A DNA stretch of 64,000 nt. It comes from Planctomycetota bacterium (GTDB lineage: Bacteria > Planctomycetota > GCA-002687715 > CAIWVZ01). The position numbers and the translations under genes are program-made. Below, piece by piece: positions 17,325 to 27,207 of this stretch. The notes beneath the pieces are model-generated. The model saw nothing but the letters and a program-made list of their open reading frames with translations. It ran no database searches and was not told the DNA's origin. The DNA is taken from positions 2,016,001 through 2,080,000 of the forward strand of contig JBGANV010000001.1 in NCBI GenBank assembly GCA_044222185.1, written 5' to 3'. Within the stretch, counting starts at the first letter, position 1; each line of letters opens with the position of its first letter.

Positions 17325-18138
17325 GCCGGCCGCGGCCAGAGTGAAAACTAGAGAAAGAGAGAGATTAGAACACGCGTTCAGATGGAAGATGCTTCAACCT
17401 CCTCTTCGGATGTGCCCGCCAGGGACCGCCAAGTGCACCCGAGACAGAGGGGATCTCACCCACCGGGCCGTCGAATGTCAAGCAGCGATTGTGTCCGATG
17501 ATGCATGTTTGCTCACCGGGGTCGCCGTCTGCTGCGTCGTCGCATGCCCGCCATCCAGCGGCGCGGCAAAGCGACGCATCGGCGGTCGCCGCTGTAACCA
17601 TCGTGCTCCGACGAACATCCAGGGGCCACCGCTCCGGGTGGAAGTCCGAGCCGGCGCGCGCGCACGCGCCGTCGAGCGCGCACTGGAACGTCTGATCAAA
17701 GGGTGTGCTCTGCCGCTCCACCTGCGCCGGGCGAGACGGGACGGACGCGTTCCTTCCCCACGAGTCTGTAATCCTGAGCCACATCGGTCCGGCAGGCAGC
17801 GCCGATCGCGCCTACGCACTACGACTGAGACGGAGGGCAGGGCGTACGCGCATCAGCCTCCGTGGAGCGGTCGACACCGTATGGGGCGATGTCGTGCGGC
17901 GCCCTATTCTCATCACGCCTACGACGAAGTCCGCTGGCGGACGCGGCCCAGTAACGTGCGCCCGCCAACGACAGATCCAGTCGGACGAACCGCCGGTCGA
18001 ACACCGCCGTCTCGCCCGCCACTCACGCCGGAGATTCGCGTGCTCACACCGCAGCCGAATTCGCAAGTCGCACAGTTGGCGGACGCCGACCCGCGGAACC
18101 GCCGGGCAGCCGGACTCGCGCTCGCTCCGAAGGGGCAC

Positions 18139-20655
18139 ATGACTCCCTGCTTCGGCCTGCTCACGTTCTTCCTCATGGTCGACGTCGCGTGCCTCGTCGT
18201 CCCCTTCTACTCCGCGCGCTTCTCCGACAGCCCGTGGGGCTCGGCTGAACGGATGGCCTTCCTCGCGCGGGCGATGGCCGCGAGCCTCGCTTTCGGGCTC
18301 GTGACGGCGATCGCCGCAGAGCGCCGCAATCATTCGACGTGGCACTTCCTCCTCGGGCACCTCGGCTTCCCCGTCGCCCTCGTTCTCGCCACCTTGGGGT
18401 TCGACCAGGCCAAGGCCGGAGTGACGCTGCCGATCTGGAATCCCACCGGTCCTGCGGGCGCCAACCTCCTCGTCGTGATCTCGGCGTTCGCTGGCGCCCT
18501 CGTCAGCCTCGGGCTCACGCGCTTCGCACGCTCCGAAATGCCGCCCATGGGACGGGGGCTGAAGGCCGTTTGCCGACTCATGTTCCAGATCGGCAACCTG
18601 TGGTTCGGCATCGCGCTGATGCTCGTGATCGGGTCGACCGTCGCAGCCGGCACCTTCGTCGAGAACAGCTACGGAACGAAGGCGGCGCAGTACCTGATCT
18701 ACCGCTCGCCCTGGTTCGGAGCGGTGTTCTTCACCGGTGGAATGTCGATGCTCTGCGCCACGTTCCGCAAGTACCCGTTCCGCCTCGAGCAGGCGGGATG
18801 GCTCACGGTCCATTCCGGCCTCGCCATGACCGTCATCGGCGCGATGATGTCGTTCCTCTCCAGCGTCGAGGGCGACGTTTCGATCCGCGAAGGAGAGACC
18901 GCGGCCACGTTCCAGCTCTCCACGCAGACGCGAATCGCCGTCGACGAAGTGATGAAGGACGCAAGCGGTCGCCGCGCGACGCGCCCCGTGCTGCGCGAGA
19001 TCGCGGACTTCGACGTGAATCCGACGAACATGGAACCGAACCGGGCGTTTTCCGCTCCGTCCGGGGAGGACGGAGTCGGGCTCCAACTCGTCGTCGATCG
19101 CTATTACGGCATCGGCGAACCATCGTCCGAATGGACCGACGATGCCGACCACGAGCATCTCGGCGTGGAAATCGAGATGACGATGGCGAAGGCGAAGCGA
19201 TCGGAAACGCTTCGACTCGAGGAAGAACGGGATAGCGAGGCACGTCTCCCCTTCGGAGACGGCGGTTTCACCGTTTCGCTCTTCAGGGCCCCGGCTCGGC
19301 AGCTGCAGGCGTTCGTCCGAAAGGACCAGCCCGCGGGTCACGGCCACGCAATCGTTCGCAACGCGGCGGGCGACGTCGTGGCGGACATCCCCGTCGAGCC
19401 GACGACGGCACCCCGCACGGATGGACAGGCTGCGCCGCTCACCTCGGTGACACGGATCCCGGGAACGGAAGTCGACGTCCGACTCCTGGGATACTTCGAC
19501 GACATGCGGGTGACGCAATCGAACTCCGTCACCGACTCGGCGCCCGGGAACCCGATCAATCCCGCGATCAAGCTCGAGATCACCGGGCCCGTGGGACTCG
19601 ACACCCACCACGTCATGGCATATCTGCCTGGAAAGCACCCGACGGAAGGCGGGCGCAGCGACGACCGAAAGAACCCTTACTGGGTCAACTTCGAGTACGC
19701 GCCGCGCATCGAACTGAACGGGCCTCAGCTGCTGCTGGTCGACGTCGACGGCGCGATGAGCTGGATCTACGTGTCGGCGAGCGGCGAGCGCTCGATGGGT
19801 CCGATCAAGGTGGGTGAGGACATCCCGCTTCCCATGCCGGCGTTCAAGCTGAGGCCAACGAAGCTCTACTCGAAGCTCCGCATCGACGACGGCTACGTGT
19901 TCAAGGGATACCGCGCCGACAACCAGGTGATCCGCGTGACTGCGCGAGCCACCGACGGAACGCCGCCCGCCTCGACGTGGGTCCCCCTCGGAACGCGGCG
20001 TCCGCTCGAGCTCGGGGATCGGATGTTCACCGTGTCGTGGACGCCATCGACGCGCCCTCTCGGGTTCGCACTCACGTTGAATGACTTCCACCGGGACTTC
20101 TATCCTGGCTCGGCCGAGGAGTCGTCGTTCGAGTCGTACTGCCTCATGCGACACCCGACGAAATTCCCCAACGGCGCGGACATCAAGATCGACATGAATC
20201 ACCCGCTTCGCATCGACGGCTGGCGTCTCTTCCAATCGCGTTTCGGCCGCGACGGGAAGACGACCACTCTGCAGGTGAACCGCGACCCCGGTCTCTCGAT
20301 CACCTACCCCGCGTGCGCGGTCGTCCTCCTCGGCATGATCGTCGTCTTCTTCATGAAGAAGACGCTCAAGCTGAAGCGCACCGACCTCGAGAAGAAGGGA
20401 GCGTCCGCCGCGAGCCACCTCGCGTGGGCCGTCGGATCCGTCCTCGCCGTAGGCGTGGGACCGCTCCTCTTCGGGCTCTACGCCGCGACGCACACGGCCC
20501 TCGGCCTCCCGCTTTCCGGCTGGCCATCCTTCGTGTTCGGTGTCAGTCTCCTGATCGTCTTCCCCATTCTCGTCGTCTGGTACTTCGTCCGCCCCATGCA
20601 GCGTCGCCTCGAGATGGCGGTCGCTCCTGCGGCACAGTCTGGAGCCTCGGCATGA
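18139..20655 (+). CDS. resB: Cytochrome c biogenesis protein ResB/CcsB (System II)
   Basis: AAGTFVENSYG..YRSPWF, GWLTVHSG (conserved His), large periplasmic domain, DMNHPLRIDGWRLFQS, LQVNRDPG plus TM; AAGGGG RBS before ATG 18139. Confidence 0.85.
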   Translation: MTPCFGLLTFFLMVDVACLVVPFYSARFSDSPWGSAERMAFLARAMAASLAFGLVTAIAAERRNHSTWHFLLGHLGFPVALVLATLGFDQAKAGVTLPIWNPTGPAGANLLVVISAFAGALVSLGLTRFARSEMPPMGRGLKAVCRLMFQIGNLWFGIALMLVIGSTVAAGTFVENSYGTKAAQYLIYRSPWFGAVFFTGGMSMLCATFRKYPFRLEQAGWLTVHSGLAMTVIGAMMSFLSSVEGDVSIREGETAATFQLSTQTRIAVDEVMKDASGRRATRPVLREIADFDVNPTNMEPNRAFSAPSGEDGVGLQLVVDRYYGIGEPSSEWTDDADHEHLGVEIEMTMAKAKRSETLRLEEERDSEARLPFGDGGFTVSLFRAPARQLQAFVRKDQPAGHGHAIVRNAAGDVVADIPVEPTTAPRTDGQAAPLTSVTRIPGTEVDVRLLGYFDDMRVTQSNSVTDSAPGNPINPAIKLEITGPVGLDTHHVMAYLPGKHPTEGGRSDDRKNPYWVNFEYAPRIELNGPQLLLVDVDGAMSWIYVSASGERSMGPIKVGEDIPLPMPAFKLRPTKLYSKLRIDDGYVFKGYRADNQVIRVTARATDGTPPASTWVPLGTRRPLELGDRMFTVSWTPSTRPLGFALTLNDFHRDFYPGSAEESSFESYCLMRHPTKFPNGADIKIDMNHPLRIDGWRLFQSRFGRDGKTTTLQVNRDPGLSITYPACAVVLLGMIVVFFMKKTLKLKRTDLEKKGASAASHLAWAVGSVLAVGVGPLLFGLYAATHTALGLPLSGWPSFVFGVSLLIVFPILVVWYFVRPMQRRLEMAVAPAAQSGASA

Positions 20656-22454
20656 TTTCGCGAACTCTCATCGTCGCGCTCGGCCTCGCAGCCGCCGTCT
20701 TCGCGCAAGATGTGCGGTCCGTCGATCGCTCGCAGCTCGATCTGTCGGAAATCCGCCGCCTTCCCGTGCTTGCCAGTGGACGCTTCAAGCCGTTCGACTC
20801 GTACGCGCGCGAAATCGTCACGGCCGTCACGGGAGCGGAGAAACCCAAGCGCGTGATGGACGGCGGCGCAGAGAAGCGCATGGACCCCGTGCTCGTCTAC
20901 CTCGAGTGGGTCTTCGATGCGGCGCGCGCGCGCGCGATTCCCCAGCTCGCCGCGCCGAACGCGGCGTCGCGCAAGCTCATTGCGGCCGCGCGCGGCGAGA
21001 AGGACACGAACTTCTCCTATGACGAGCTCATGAGCAACCCGGCGTTCGTCGAAGCCGTCAACGCGGCGCTCGCAAAAGACTCCGAGACCTGGGGCGAGGT
21101 CGAGCGCGAGATCATGGCGCTGCGTCATCGCTCGGACGAATTCGCCGACGCGGCGGGCCTGACGTCGGCGTGGTCGTCCTTCCCCGCCGAACTCCGCGGA
21201 GGCCCGCCCATGGTGCCGCCCAAGGAGGCCCGAGTCCCGGGCATCGAATACAAGTGGGGCTGGCTCCCGAGCCTGGCGACGTTCGGATACACGGACGTGC
21301 AGCGCTCGCCCGTCGTCGACGCGTGGACCAGACTTCGCTCCGCGTGGACCGCGTCGGATTCCAACGCCTTCCTCGAAGCGTCCAAGGCACTGCGGGCGGC
21401 GATCACGGCACTCGGTGCTCCCGAATTCCCGCCGCAGGCCAAGCTCGATCGCGAGGTCCGGTTCAACCTCGTGAACCCGTTCACGGTCGCTGCGTGGTTG
21501 TACTTCGCTACGTTCTGGCTCGCGGTCGTCTGGCTCGTCTGGTCGCGAAAGTGGTTCGGCTTCGTGGCAGCGGTGCCAGCGCTGATCGGGCTGGGTTACC
21601 ACGTGTGGGGTTCCATCGAGCGAACGGCGCTGTCCGAGCAGGCGCTCATCGGGAACCTCTACGAGTCGCTGCTCTTCGTCGCCGGCGTCGCCATGCTGGC
21701 CGGGTTGGCGTTCGAGGGGATCTTCCGCTCGCGATGGTGCCTGCTCGCGGGATCGCTGCTCGCCTGGGTTGCCACACTCGCGGCCCTCGACAATCCCCTG
21801 TTCATGCCGCCCTCGATCGCGCGGCTGAAGCCGGTCCTGATCAACAACTTCTGGATCCACATCCACGTTCCCACGATCATGGCGTCCTACGCCACGCTGG
21901 GGCTTGCGGCCGTGATGTCGCACGTGTGGCTGGTGCTCCGGCTGTTCCGGCCCGAGACGCATCCCGAGCTGAGGTCCATCTCGAAGTTCACTTACTGGAT
22001 CACGGCGCCGGGAGTCATCCTCCTCTTCGCCGGCATGATCCTCGGTGGCATCTGGGCCGATGCGTCGTGGGGACGGTTCTGGGGCTGGGATCCCAAGGAG
22101 ACGTGGGCATTCATCACGTGGCTCGTGTTCATCGTCGTGATCCATGGGCGATGGTCCGGATGGCTCCGCGACTTCGGAACGGCCATGGGCGGAGTGGTCG
22201 GAGGGCTCTCGCTGTTGTTCACCTACTACGGCGTGAACTTCTTCCTCTCGGGGCTGCACTCGTACGCGGGCGCAGGCAGCGGCGGAGTGACGTTCCCGGG
22301 CTGGCTCATCGCCTGGCTCACGTTCGAGGTCCTGCTCGTCGCGGCGTCGATTCTCAAGCATTCGGGGAGTCGGACCGTCGCGACGAAGGTCACCGACGCG
22401 GAGACGGGACCGACGGCGCATGGCGCGACGTCGAAGCCGGCACTGCGAGGGTAG
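20652..22454 (+). CDS. ccsA: Cytochrome c biogenesis protein CcsA/ResC (System II)
   Basis: NLYES, WIHIHV, WGRFWGWDPKETW (WWD domain), GLHSYA; ATGA-coupled to resB. Confidence 0.95.
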   Translation: MISRTLIVALGLAAAVFAQDVRSVDRSQLDLSEIRRLPVLASGRFKPFDSYAREIVTAVTGAEKPKRVMDGGAEKRMDPVLVYLEWVFDAARARAIPQLAAPNAASRKLIAAARGEKDTNFSYDELMSNPAFVEAVNAALAKDSETWGEVEREIMALRHRSDEFADAAGLTSAWSSFPAELRGGPPMVPPKEARVPGIEYKWGWLPSLATFGYTDVQRSPVVDAWTRLRSAWTASDSNAFLEASKALRAAITALGAPEFPPQAKLDREVRFNLVNPFTVAAWLYFATFWLAVVWLVWSRKWFGFVAAVPALIGLGYHVWGSIERTALSEQALIGNLYESLLFVAGVAMLAGLAFEGIFRSRWCLLAGSLLAWVATLAALDNPLFMPPSIARLKPVLINNFWIHIHVPTIMASYATLGLAAVMSHVWLVLRLFRPETHPELRSISKFTYWITAPGVILLFAGMILGGIWADASWGRFWGWDPKETWAFITWLVFIVVIHGRWSGWLRDFGTAMGGVVGGLSLLFTYYGVNFFLSGLHSYAGAGSGGVTFPGWLIAWLTFEVLLVAASILKHSGSRTVATKVTDAETGPTAHGATSKPALRG

Positions 22455-22541
22455 GGGCGACCGGGATCGAGCGGGCTTGCGCACGTGGGGCCGCGGCGAG
22501 GTGGAACCTCGCCCGACCGGCCGCGCGGGAGCGCGGCGCTC

Positions 22542-23363
22542 CTATCCGTTCGCGCTGGCGGTTCGGGACTTGGAGGTCTTCGTCGCCTTCGGGGCGGGCT
22601 CGCCGCATCGGCGGATGTACTCGCGTGCCAGCTGTCGGTAGTCCTCGGCGCCATTGCTTTCGCCGGCATAGGCGAGGACGCTCTTCCCGTGCGACGGGGC
22701 CTCCGCGAGCTTCACGTTGATGCGGATCTGCGTCTCGAACAGCTTGTCGGGCAAGTGCGTGCGGATCTCGTCCAGCACCTCCTGCGTGAGCCGCGGACGC
22801 TTGTCCACCTTGCAGGCGACGATGCCGGCAAGCTCGAGCCGTGGGTTCAGCCACTTCCGCACCATGTCGACGACCTCGATCAGCTTGGCCATCCCCTGGA
22901 GCGCGAAGAACTCGGTCTGCATGGCGATGAGGACCTGGTCGGCCGCCGCCAGCGCGTTGATGGAGAGCAGCCCCAGTGACGGTGGCGAATCGATGACGAC
23001 GACGTCGAACCGCGACGGGGCGAGCTTTGCCAGTCCGTCGTGAAGGACCGTCTCACGACCGGCCTTCCCACCGAGTTCCAGCTCTGCCGCCGCCAGATCG
23101 ATGTGCGACTGGATGCACCACAGGTTCTTCTCGCCGAGGGGCCGGATCACGGCGTCGATCTCGGTGTCCCCCACGAGGAGGTCGTAGACGGTCTTCTCGG
23201 CGCTGTTGGCGTCGAGTCCCGCGTGCTCCGTGAGGTTCGCCTGGGGGTCCAGATCGATGAGGAGGACCCGCAGCCCGGTCTCCGCGAGCGCGGCGCCCAG
23301 GTTCATGGCGGTCGTCGTCTTGCCGACGCCGCCCTTCTGGTTGATCACGGCGATCACTTTCAT
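22542..23363 (-). CDS. ParA/Soj family ATPase
   Basis: [33 protein letters not shown]. Confidence 0.95.
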   Translation of the reverse strand: MKVIAVINQKGGVGKTTTAMNLGAALAETGLRVLLIDLDPQANLTEHAGLDANSAEKTVYDLLVGDTEIDAVIRPLGEKNLWCIQSHIDLAAAELELGGKAGRETVLHDGLAKLAPSRFDVVVIDSPPSLGLLSINALAAADQVLIAMQTEFFALQGMAKLIEVVDMVRKWLNPRLELAGIVACKVDKRPRLTQEVLDEIRTHLPDKLFETQIRINVKLAEAPSHGKSVLAYAGESNGAEDYRQLAREYIRRCGEPAPKATKTSKSRTASANG

Positions 23364-23514
23364 GAGTCGATCTCGGGGTCGCGGAAGCGGGGCTCGACAC
23401 GCGGCTGAACCCGCCGCGCACGTTCGCGACGACAGTTGTCGGCGCAGGGGCCGCGCGTGTCAAGCACGAGGTGGAATCGCCACCGGGACGCTCTACAATC
23501 CCGCCGCCCACGCC

Positions 23515-24219
23515 ATGGAAAAAGCCCTGCTCCTGCTTTCCGGCGGCCTGGACTCGACCGTCGCGGCGTGGCTCGCACGCGAATCCACGCAGCCGGTCCT
23601 GGCCCTGACCGTCGACTACGGCCAGAAGGCCGCGCGGCGAGAACTCGCCGCCAGCTACCTGCTCACGCAGCGGCTCGGCATCCCGTACCGGACGATCTTC
23701 ATCCCTTTCCTTCGTGAGGCGGGCGCCGGAGCCCTCGTCGACCGCACGGCCGAGGTCCCGAAACCCGGCGCGGCCGACCTGGACGACGTCGGAGGCAAGG
23801 CCCGGGAGTCGGCTCGGGCGGTCTGGGTCCCCAATCGAAACGGGGCCATGCTCGCCATGGCCGCAACCTACGCCGAGTGGATGGACGTGAAGCACGTGGT
23901 GGTGGGCTTCAACAAGGAGGAAGCGGCAACGTTTCCCGACAACACCGAAGCCTTTCTGGAAGCGACCAACCACGCCCTGTCGTTCTCCACGTCGAACCAC
24001 GTGACCGTGCTCTCTCCGACGATCCGCATGACGAAGGCCGAGATCGTCCGCGAAGCCATCCGGACGGATTGTCCGATCGAACTCTGCTGGTCGTGTTACT
24101 TGGGAGGCGACCAGCCGTGTGGAACCTGCGAGTCCTGCCGCCGTTTCGACCGGGCTGTCGAAGCAGCCGGGGCCCGCGCCTGGATCGAATCACGCAGACA
24201 GAAGAGGGACGCTCGATGA
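23515..24219 (+). CDS. queC: 7-cyano-7-deazaguanine synthase
   Basis: LLSGGLDS, DYGQK, VPNRN, WSCY..PCGTCESC zinc motif. Confidence 0.9.
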   Translation: MEKALLLLSGGLDSTVAAWLARESTQPVLALTVDYGQKAARRELAASYLLTQRLGIPYRTIFIPFLREAGAGALVDRTAEVPKPGAADLDDVGGKARESARAVWVPNRNGAMLAMAATYAEWMDVKHVVVGFNKEEAATFPDNTEAFLEATNHALSFSTSNHVTVLSPTIRMTKAEIVREAIRTDCPIELCWSCYLGGDQPCGTCESCRRFDRAVEAAGARAWIESRRQKRDAR

Positions 24220-24791
24220 AGCCTTGGACCATTCTCACGCTCGCGGCGGTTCTCGCACTCGCCTCCGGCTGCGAGATGACGCGCAAAGAGAACTCTCGCG
24301 ACACCTTCCTGGACCCTGAAATCGCCTCCGTCGCCCTCATCGACGTGGCCGTCGTCCAGCCCGCGGTGGAAGCGCTCGACGCGCCGACCCTCGTGCCGGT
24401 CATCCGCCAGGCCGCCCGCGCATACCTGGTCGGGCAGAAGGACTACTCCGTCGTGGGCGACCCACAGGTCGACAGCGCCGTCGGCGGGATGAATGGAGCC
24501 TCCGACGCATCGGCGCTCGCCCGCGCGGCCGACGCCGATTGCGCCGTGGCGATCCAGATCACGGTGTGGGACACGTCGGCGCTCGTTCCCCGGGGCCGGA
24601 TCTACGCGTCGGGAACGGTCCGAATCGCGGCCCACTCGGACGGTCGCCGCCTCTACGAGCAGGCGTTCGAGAACGAGCTCCTCCTCGCACCGTCCAGCCT
24701 GTCGTCGACGAGCCGCATCGAGCTCCAGAAAGCCATGGCGACGGAGCTGGTGCACAAGATCCTCGCCGGCTTCCCGCGCAAGAAGGCCTGA
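24216..24791 (+). CDS. Hypothetical lipoprotein
   Basis: MKPWTILTLAAVLALASGC lipobox; ATGA overlap with the queC stop. Confidence 0.8.
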   Translation: MKPWTILTLAAVLALASGCEMTRKENSRDTFLDPEIASVALIDVAVVQPAVEALDAPTLVPVIRQAARAYLVGQKDYSVVGDPQVDSAVGGMNGASDASALARAADADCAVAIQITVWDTSALVPRGRIYASGTVRIAAHSDGRRLYEQAFENELLLAPSSLSSTSRIELQKAMATELVHKILAGFPRKKA

Positions 24792-24905
24792 GCCCCGCCG
24801 CACCGCGAACGCGGTTTACGCCGCCGCCGTAGACCGCGTTCAAGGTTGCCGATACGCTGGCCGGATCCTGCGGATCCACCGCCGTCGGACCGCGAGTGCA
24901 ACGCG

Positions 24906-27191
24906 ATGCGGCACCTCCTGACGCTCCTTCCCTTCGTCGTCCTTCCGGTCCTGGGTCAGGATTCCGCGCCCTCGTCTGCGGCAGAGGTCAGGGCCGTCAC
25001 GGAATTCGCGAGGCAGTGGTGCGTGCGATGTCACGGTGGCGCCAGGCCCGCGGGCGAACTCGACCTCGTCGCCGCCGTCCCGACGCTGCCGTCAGACCGC
25101 ACCCTCCTCGCGCGGATCCGCGACCGCGTCGCCCGCGGGGAAATGCCCCCGGACGGCGAACCGCGCCCAGAACGTCCGGCGCGACGAGCCTTCCTCGACG
25201 CCACCGCAGCCTGGATCGGTCGTGGCGATCTTGCGTCGCGCCCCTCGCAGGCCGACCCGCCCGCCGCACGCCGGCTGAGTCGGACCGAATACGAGAACAC
25301 GATCCGTGACCTGTGCGGAGTTTCCGTGGACGCGATCCACAAGCTTCCGCCGGAGGACGCGGGCTACGGATTCGACAACGTCGCCGGCGGTCTCACGCTT
25401 GCCCCGGTCGTCTTCGAGCGCTACGCGCAGGTGGCCGAGCTGATCGCCGAGCAGGCCATCGACGCCGAAGACGTCTCGCACCCGGTGGTCCGGCGGTTCG
25501 ACGCGGCCGGCATGGCCTGCTCGCTGACGCCGAGCGTACGCGGCAAGACGTTCCGCGTTCTGTACAGCAACGCCGACCTCACGCAGAAGGTCGTGTTGCC
25601 GCGCGACGGTGAGTACATCGTCCGAGCTCACGCGTTCGGCGATCAAGCGGGGCCCGAACCCGCGCGCATGACCATCGAGATCGACGAGAAGGTCGTTGCG
25701 ACGTTCGACGTGCCGGAATCGCGCCCGACCGCCCCGCCGCGCGAGGCCCGCGCCGTGCTGAAGGGCGGGCCGCGATCCGTTTCCGTCGCGTTCATCAACG
25801 ACTACTACATGGAGAAGGCTCCGAACCCGAAGGACCGCGACCGCAACCTGCTCGTCGAATGGGTGGAGGTCGTCGGCCCCGTGGACCGTCGCGAGCAGCC
25901 GGAGTTCCACACCCACCTTCTCGCCTCCGACGAACCTGCGGCGGCCGTTCGCACGCGCGCCCGGCGGGCCCTCGCGCCGTTCGTCACGCGTGCGTGGCGG
26001 CGGCCGCCGCCGCCGCGCGAGCTCGACCGTCTCGCCGACCTCGTGGAGCAGGCGGTCGGCCGCGGGGCGCGCTTCGAGCAGGGCATCCAGCTCGCGCTCC
26101 AGGCCGTGCTCTTGTCGCCCCGCTTCATCTTTCGCATCGAGGGCGGACCGACGGTTGGAGATCCGGCCACCGGGCGCGGCGTCGATGGGTGGGCCCTGGC
26201 GTCTCGGCTTTCGTACTTCCTTTGGAGCACGCTTCCCGACGCGCGGCTTTTCGCTCTGGCGGAGTCGGGCCGGATCTCCGAGACCGAGACGCTGCGCGCC
26301 GAGGTCCGCCGGATGCTCGCCGACGCCCGCGCCACCGCTCTCGCGACCAACTTCGCACCCCAGTGGCTCGAGATCCGCAACCTCGCTGACGTCACGCCGG
26401 ATGCGCGTCGCTTTCCGGGATTCGACGACGAATTGCGCGACGCCATGGCGCAGGAGGCCCAGCTCTTCTTCGAGGCCGTGCTGCGGGAGAAACGCAGCGC
26501 ATGGGACCTGGTGGACGCGGATTTCACGTTCGTCAACGAACGCCTGGCGCGGCACTACGGCATCCCGGGCGTGCGCGGTCCCCATTTCCGCCGGGTGAAG
26601 CTCACCGGAGAACAGCGGGGCGGGATCATCACGCAGGCGGGCGTTCAGACGATCACGTCCAACCCGACGCGCACGTCGCCGGTCAAGCGGGGCAAATGGC
26701 TCCTCGACAACATCCTCGGTGCATCGCCGCCGCCGCCACCGCCCGGCGCGGGCGCGCTCGACGAATCAGCGGCAGCGGTCAAATCCGCGACCATGCGCGA
26801 ACGCCTCGATCGCCACCGCCGCGACCCGTCGTGCGCGTCGTGCCACGTTCGAATGGACGCGCTCGGTTTCGCCTTGGAGAACTACGACCCCATCGGTCGA
26901 TGGCGAACGACGGACGAAGGCCGCACGCTGGACGTCGGTGGCAAGCTCCCGGACGGCCGGCAGGTCGCGGGCCCCGCCGAGTTGCGGCGCGTCCTCCGCT
27001 CGGACGACTCCTTCTTGCGGTGCCTCGCGTCGAAGCTGTTCACCTATGCGCTCGGCCGTCCGCCCACCGACGACGAATCCCTCGCCATCGAGGACCTCGT
27101 GGCAGGGCTTCCGGCGGAGTCCCCGACGATGGAAGACCTCATTTCGGACCTGGTTCTGTTGGAGGCTTTCCGCGGAAGCGAAGCCCGTTGA
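24906..27191 (+). CDS. DUF1592/DUF1588 (PSD-domain) planctomycete-type cytochrome c protein
   Basis: CVRCHG, MPP, RRLSRTEYENTIRDL, GYGFDN, LASRLSYFLWSTLPD, TSPVKRGKW, CASCH..MDALGFALENYD. Confidence 0.92.
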   Translation: MRHLLTLLPFVVLPVLGQDSAPSSAAEVRAVTEFARQWCVRCHGGARPAGELDLVAAVPTLPSDRTLLARIRDRVARGEMPPDGEPRPERPARRAFLDATAAWIGRGDLASRPSQADPPAARRLSRTEYENTIRDLCGVSVDAIHKLPPEDAGYGFDNVAGGLTLAPVVFERYAQVAELIAEQAIDAEDVSHPVVRRFDAAGMACSLTPSVRGKTFRVLYSNADLTQKVVLPRDGEYIVRAHAFGDQAGPEPARMTIEIDEKVVATFDVPESRPTAPPREARAVLKGGPRSVSVAFINDYYMEKAPNPKDRDRNLLVEWVEVVGPVDRREQPEFHTHLLASDEPAAAVRTRARRALAPFVTRAWRRPPPPRELDRLADLVEQAVGRGARFEQGIQLALQAVLLSPRFIFRIEGGPTVGDPATGRGVDGWALASRLSYFLWSTLPDARLFALAESGRISETETLRAEVRRMLADARATALATNFAPQWLEIRNLADVTPDARRFPGFDDELRDAMAQEAQLFFEAVLREKRSAWDLVDADFTFVNERLARHYGIPGVRGPHFRRVKLTGEQRGGIITQAGVQTITSNPTRTSPVKRGKWLLDNILGASPPPPPPGAGALDESAAAVKSATMRERLDRHRRDPSCASCHVRMDALGFALENYDPIGRWRTTDEGRTLDVGGKLPDGRQVAGPAELRRVLRSDDSFLRCLASKLFTYALGRPPTDDESLAIEDLVAGLPAESPTMEDLISDLVLLEAFRGSEAR

Positions 27192-27207
27192 GGGAGTGAG
27201 GATACCG

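Noticed and set aside
17341-18138. 266-aa N-terminal extension of the ResB ORF
   Set aside because: Arg/Pro-rich, non-coding-like translation; a better start with SD exists at 18139.
23515-24219. QueC as part of a defence or DNA-modification system (Qat, CBASS type IV, dpd)
   Set aside because: Normal length and no TGT/DpdA, TatD, cyclase or P-loop partner adjacent.
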